Part shown: piece by piece, positions 61,358-64,000 of the stretch
Layout of the letters: every line of letters starts with the position of its first letter
Numbering within the stretch: the first letter of the stretch is position 1
DNA from: Bacteriovoracia bacterium
Lineage (GTDB): Bacteria > Bdellovibrionota > UBA1018 > CAIPTA01
DNA: 64,000 nucleotides
Assembly (NCBI GenBank): GCA_050246755.1
Contig: JBFWVL010000001.1
Location: forward strand, 1,376,001-1,440,000
Direction: 5' to 3'
Translations under genes and position numbers: made by a program
The notes under the pieces: generated by a model
What the model saw: the letters and a program-made list of their open reading frames with translations, nothing else
Databases searched by the model: none
What the model was told of the DNA's origin: nothing

Positions 61358-62023
61358 ATGAAGTACGTACAACTGAAAAAAATCGCGGTTACTAGCCTCG
61401 CGGCAGTAATGGCAGTTGGTCTCACCGCTTGCGGTGGTGCCAGCAAAGGTGTGAACCCGGTAATTGAAGGTATTACTGGTCCCGACGTAGAGTTCGTGAA
61501 CGGCCGTGTAGTACTAAGCATGGTGTTCCAGAACATCGCGATCGATGGCGGAGCTACGATCCCCATCCCTAAATACCCGAACTCTAGCGTGCAAGTAGGC
61601 CCTGACTTCCAAAGTGCCGGTACCTTGCTCGTGGTAACGATTGCTGCTTCTGACTTCTTGAAAGACAAGGGCGCAGCATTCCCATCCAACGCATTGCCCG
61701 GTGGACGTCCGTTGCCTTCCGTGGCTTCGGGTGTGATGCCTGCCATTGCGATCCAAGTACCTAAACTGAACAACGCCGTATTCTACGTAGGTCCTGAAAT
61801 TCTTGGTGTGTTCGTGCCGTTCAACAAGCTTGACCTGGCCGGATCTATCTTGAGCTTCCGTTTCTACAATAAGGCCGGTTCTGCCATCGGTATCCTTGCC
61901 CTCGTAGGCTCGGACGCTGCGGGCGCGAACGCTGGTATCTTGGCCATGATGCGCGTGGATCTTCTCGGCATCATCAAGGCACCTAGCGCTTCTACCTTAG
62001 CCAAGCTCGACGCTATGTACTAA
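61358..62023 (+). CDS. Beta-rich lipoprotein of unknown function
   Basis: Lipobox LTAC; codon usage looks like that of highly expressed genes; has its own terminator. Confidence 0.8.
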   Translation: MKYVQLKKIAVTSLAAVMAVGLTACGGASKGVNPVIEGITGPDVEFVNGRVVLSMVFQNIAIDGGATIPIPKYPNSSVQVGPDFQSAGTLLVVTIAASDFLKDKGAAFPSNALPGGRPLPSVASGVMPAIAIQVPKLNNAVFYVGPEILGVFVPFNKLDLAGSILSFRFYNKAGSAIGILALVGSDAAGANAGILAMMRVDLLGIIKAPSASTLAKLDAMY

Positions 62024-62064
62024 GGTTGGATTAAGCGCAGCCATAAAAGCCTGAGCTTAACCAG

Positions 62065-62096
62065 ATCCCGCTTCCTTTCAGGAGGCGGGATTTTTT
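62065..62096 (+). terminator. Intrinsic terminator
   Basis: ATCCCGCTTCCT-TTC-AGGAGGCGGGAT followed by a T-tract. Confidence 0.85.
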
Positions 62097-63375
62097 ATTT
62101 TATGCGGCGGATGATCACGTTTCCCATGCCCGACTTTTCAAGACCCACGTCACGGGCGGCCCCTCTGGATAGATCGATTCCCACGCCCCGGCTAGGTCCA
62201 AAGTCTTTAATATTTGTTGAGTAGGCATTGCCGCCGTCGCTAGTCCGAAAGAATCCGGTGTCATTTACCGTCACTTCGGTTTTCTGCCCAGTTTTAGTAT
62301 TCGTTACCTCTAGTACTGAGCCTTGCGGGTAATAATTGCTGGCGGCCGTGCGGGCTTCGGGTGGGTACTTCTTAGAATCTCGTTTTGAGGGATCGTACCA
62401 GGAGGCCGTAGTGTCTTGCTCGTCGCCCACTTTTCCCGGTGGTTTTTTCCCCGATTTTTCAGGGGGGATATCCCACGCCTCTTTTGTTCTATTTCCGCCG
62501 GTGGGTTGTGAATCCTTTTCGCTCGAATTGGCGGACGATTGGAGCTGTTCGGCATTTTTCCCCGTAGCGTTAGACTGTGAGGCGAGCTCTTTGAATTTTT
62601 TGTCGGTTTCATCCTTCAGTCCGTCTACGCTCTGGGCAAGCTTTTTCATTTTCTCTTTGAGATCATCCTGAAGTTTGTCGAGCTGCGCCTTTGCGGTCAG
62701 GAGCTGCTGGCAGGCCCGGCGGGTAGAGCTTTGTATTTGGCGGGCTTTCTGGAATTCGCTCTTTTTCCGGCTGTCGCAAGTTTTGTCCTTACAGGCGGAC
62801 CACTGCTTTTCCACGTCAGATACTTTTTTATTGTGCGCCTTGTCTTCGCTGATGGCGCTGTCTTTAATCCTCGCGAGGTTCTTTTTAGCATCACTGATAT
62901 TTTCGTCTTCGCCCTTAATCTTCTCGGAGGCTTGCCCGCTTGCCTGGCCTACGCCGTCGAGGATAGGCATGATTTCACGTGAGCCATTGCTTAGTTGCCG
63001 CTGGGCCACCGACTGATCGTTGCCGGAAACTTTGGTCATTTTCTGTTGAAATTCTTCGGCCTTCTGATCGGCCCTTTTATTCTCGCGGCAAGCGCCGGCC
63101 GTTGCTTCCAGGGCGGCCTGAGAGGATTCACAGAGTTTTTCCTGGCGTTGTATATATTTATCCGCGTCCAAAAGCACGGCATTGGTTCCGTCGGGACCGT
63201 TGCAGGACTGGGCTAGCTGTTTGAGGCGGTCGCGGCTGTCGCCGTTACATAGCTGGTTAAGTGTTTGCTTAGCGCTCTTGGTTTGAGGAGCTACTCCTCC
63301 GTTGGAGCGTTGGCCGCATTCGTCGCCAGCCCAGGCGAAGAGGGTGGTAAGCCAGACCAAGGCGAAAATTTTCAT
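62095..63375 (-). CDS. Secreted coiled-coil protein with C-terminal RlpA-like DPBB domain
   Basis: Signal peptide; Cys-containing helical stalk; TASWY...TAAS...P.GSVLEVTN..TG....VTVNDTG...IDLSRGAA..VG. Confidence 0.8.
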   Translation of the reverse strand: MKIFALVWLTTLFAWAGDECGQRSNGGVAPQTKSAKQTLNQLCNGDSRDRLKQLAQSCNGPDGTNAVLLDADKYIQRQEKLCESSQAALEATAGACRENKRADQKAEEFQQKMTKVSGNDQSVAQRQLSNGSREIMPILDGVGQASGQASEKIKGEDENISDAKKNLARIKDSAISEDKAHNKKVSDVEKQWSACKDKTCDSRKKSEFQKARQIQSSTRRACQQLLTAKAQLDKLQDDLKEKMKKLAQSVDGLKDETDKKFKELASQSNATGKNAEQLQSSANSSEKDSQPTGGNRTKEAWDIPPEKSGKKPPGKVGDEQDTTASWYDPSKRDSKKYPPEARTAASNYYPQGSVLEVTNTKTGQKTEVTVNDTGFFRTSDGGNAYSTNIKDFGPSRGVGIDLSRGAARDVGLEKSGMGNVIIRRIK

Positions 63376-63729
63376 AATTAAGTTCCCAGTTTCTGTCGTC
63401 CCTTTTTTTGGAACTGCTTCCAGAGAAGCAGTTAAATTATGCCCTATTTTACGAGGGTGTTTACGTTCGATTTTCTAAATCCTTCGCTGATTTATTGCGG
63501 TTCAATCTTTCCTGATTTGCCGCTCCAATGATTTGATTTGTGACGTTGCAAGATGGGTTCGATAAAAATCGCGTCGAATTTTCATTCTCTAATATCCGAC
63601 CATACCTTTTTTTATTCTCTTCTATTCTCGTCAGCTCAAAAATAGCCCAGCGCCAAGCCCATTATCCGACAAAAACAATCCGTATTTATACACGCTCTTC
63701 GAAAAAAAAACATTTTCCTACAAAACTAC

Positions 63730-63756
63730 TTAAGCCCCCGCACCGCTCGCCGATTA
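63730..63756 (+). promoter_or_regulatory. Sigma28 (FliA)-like promoter for flagellin
   Basis: TTAAGCCC-N11-GCCGATTA upstream of a flagellin gene. Confidence 0.65.
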
Positions 63757-63920
63757 GTTCATTGCAGCCACCACAGCGGTTGCACAACTACAGGCCGAGT
63801 TTTCGAAGGGCGTGGGGCCCGGAAAAAATAGAGCGGTAGTTGGACGATGGTTCGCAAGGTAGCGAGTCTTCGAGAGTTGCCACAGGACGGTATAGGCAAT
63901 TATTTGAGGAGCTACTATTT

Positions 63921-64000
63921 ATGGGTCTACGTATTGCAACCAACACCACTTCGATGAACGCTCAAAGAAATTTGGGCATCTCCAACGACAGACAAGCTAA
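63921..64000 (+). CDS. fliC: Flagellin, N-terminal fragment (runs off the window end)
   Basis: GAGGAG RBS; MGLRIATNTTSMNAQRNLGISNDRQA is a typical flagellin N-terminus. Confidence 0.9.
   Translation, partial: MGLRIATNTTSMNAQRNLGISNDRQA

Noticed and set aside
63540-63839. 99-aa ORF upstream of flagellin
   Set aside because: AT-rich, no RBS or motifs, and overlaps the flagellin promoter; likely non-coding.

Overview
Gene-dense chromosomal window, most consistent with a Bdellovibrionota/Oligoflexia-like bacterium (inferred from gene content: flagellin, PilZ proteins, orphan pilins, many secreted hypotheticals). It carries housekeeping genes (ligA, radA, priA, def-fmt-rpe, lepB, lspA-lgt, galU, plsY, glpK, PBP1B, rho, rpmE-prfA-prmC-murA), hutH-hutU-hutI, a CHASE2 kinase/sigma54-activator pair and a B12-dependent lysine-degradation operon (leucine dehydrogenase-kdd-kamD-kamE-AAA-vWA-kce). 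The strongest signal lies in that operon. The MoxR-type AAA+ gene ends just after an A10 run, and the downstream vWA reading frame is open in the -1 frame through that run with no good start of its own. This suggests one locus makes both a short AAA+ protein and an AAA+-vWA fusion by slippage or frameshifting, possibly as a chaperone for lysine 5,6-aminomutase; a homopolymer sequencing error is the main alternative. Also notable: a HutH with an Ala-Cys-Gly MIO triad, two tandem families of unknown secreted proteins, a consensus sigma54 promoter with candidate enhancers, and sigma28/CsrA-like signals. No rRNA, tRNA, CRISPR array or mobile element was seen by eye.
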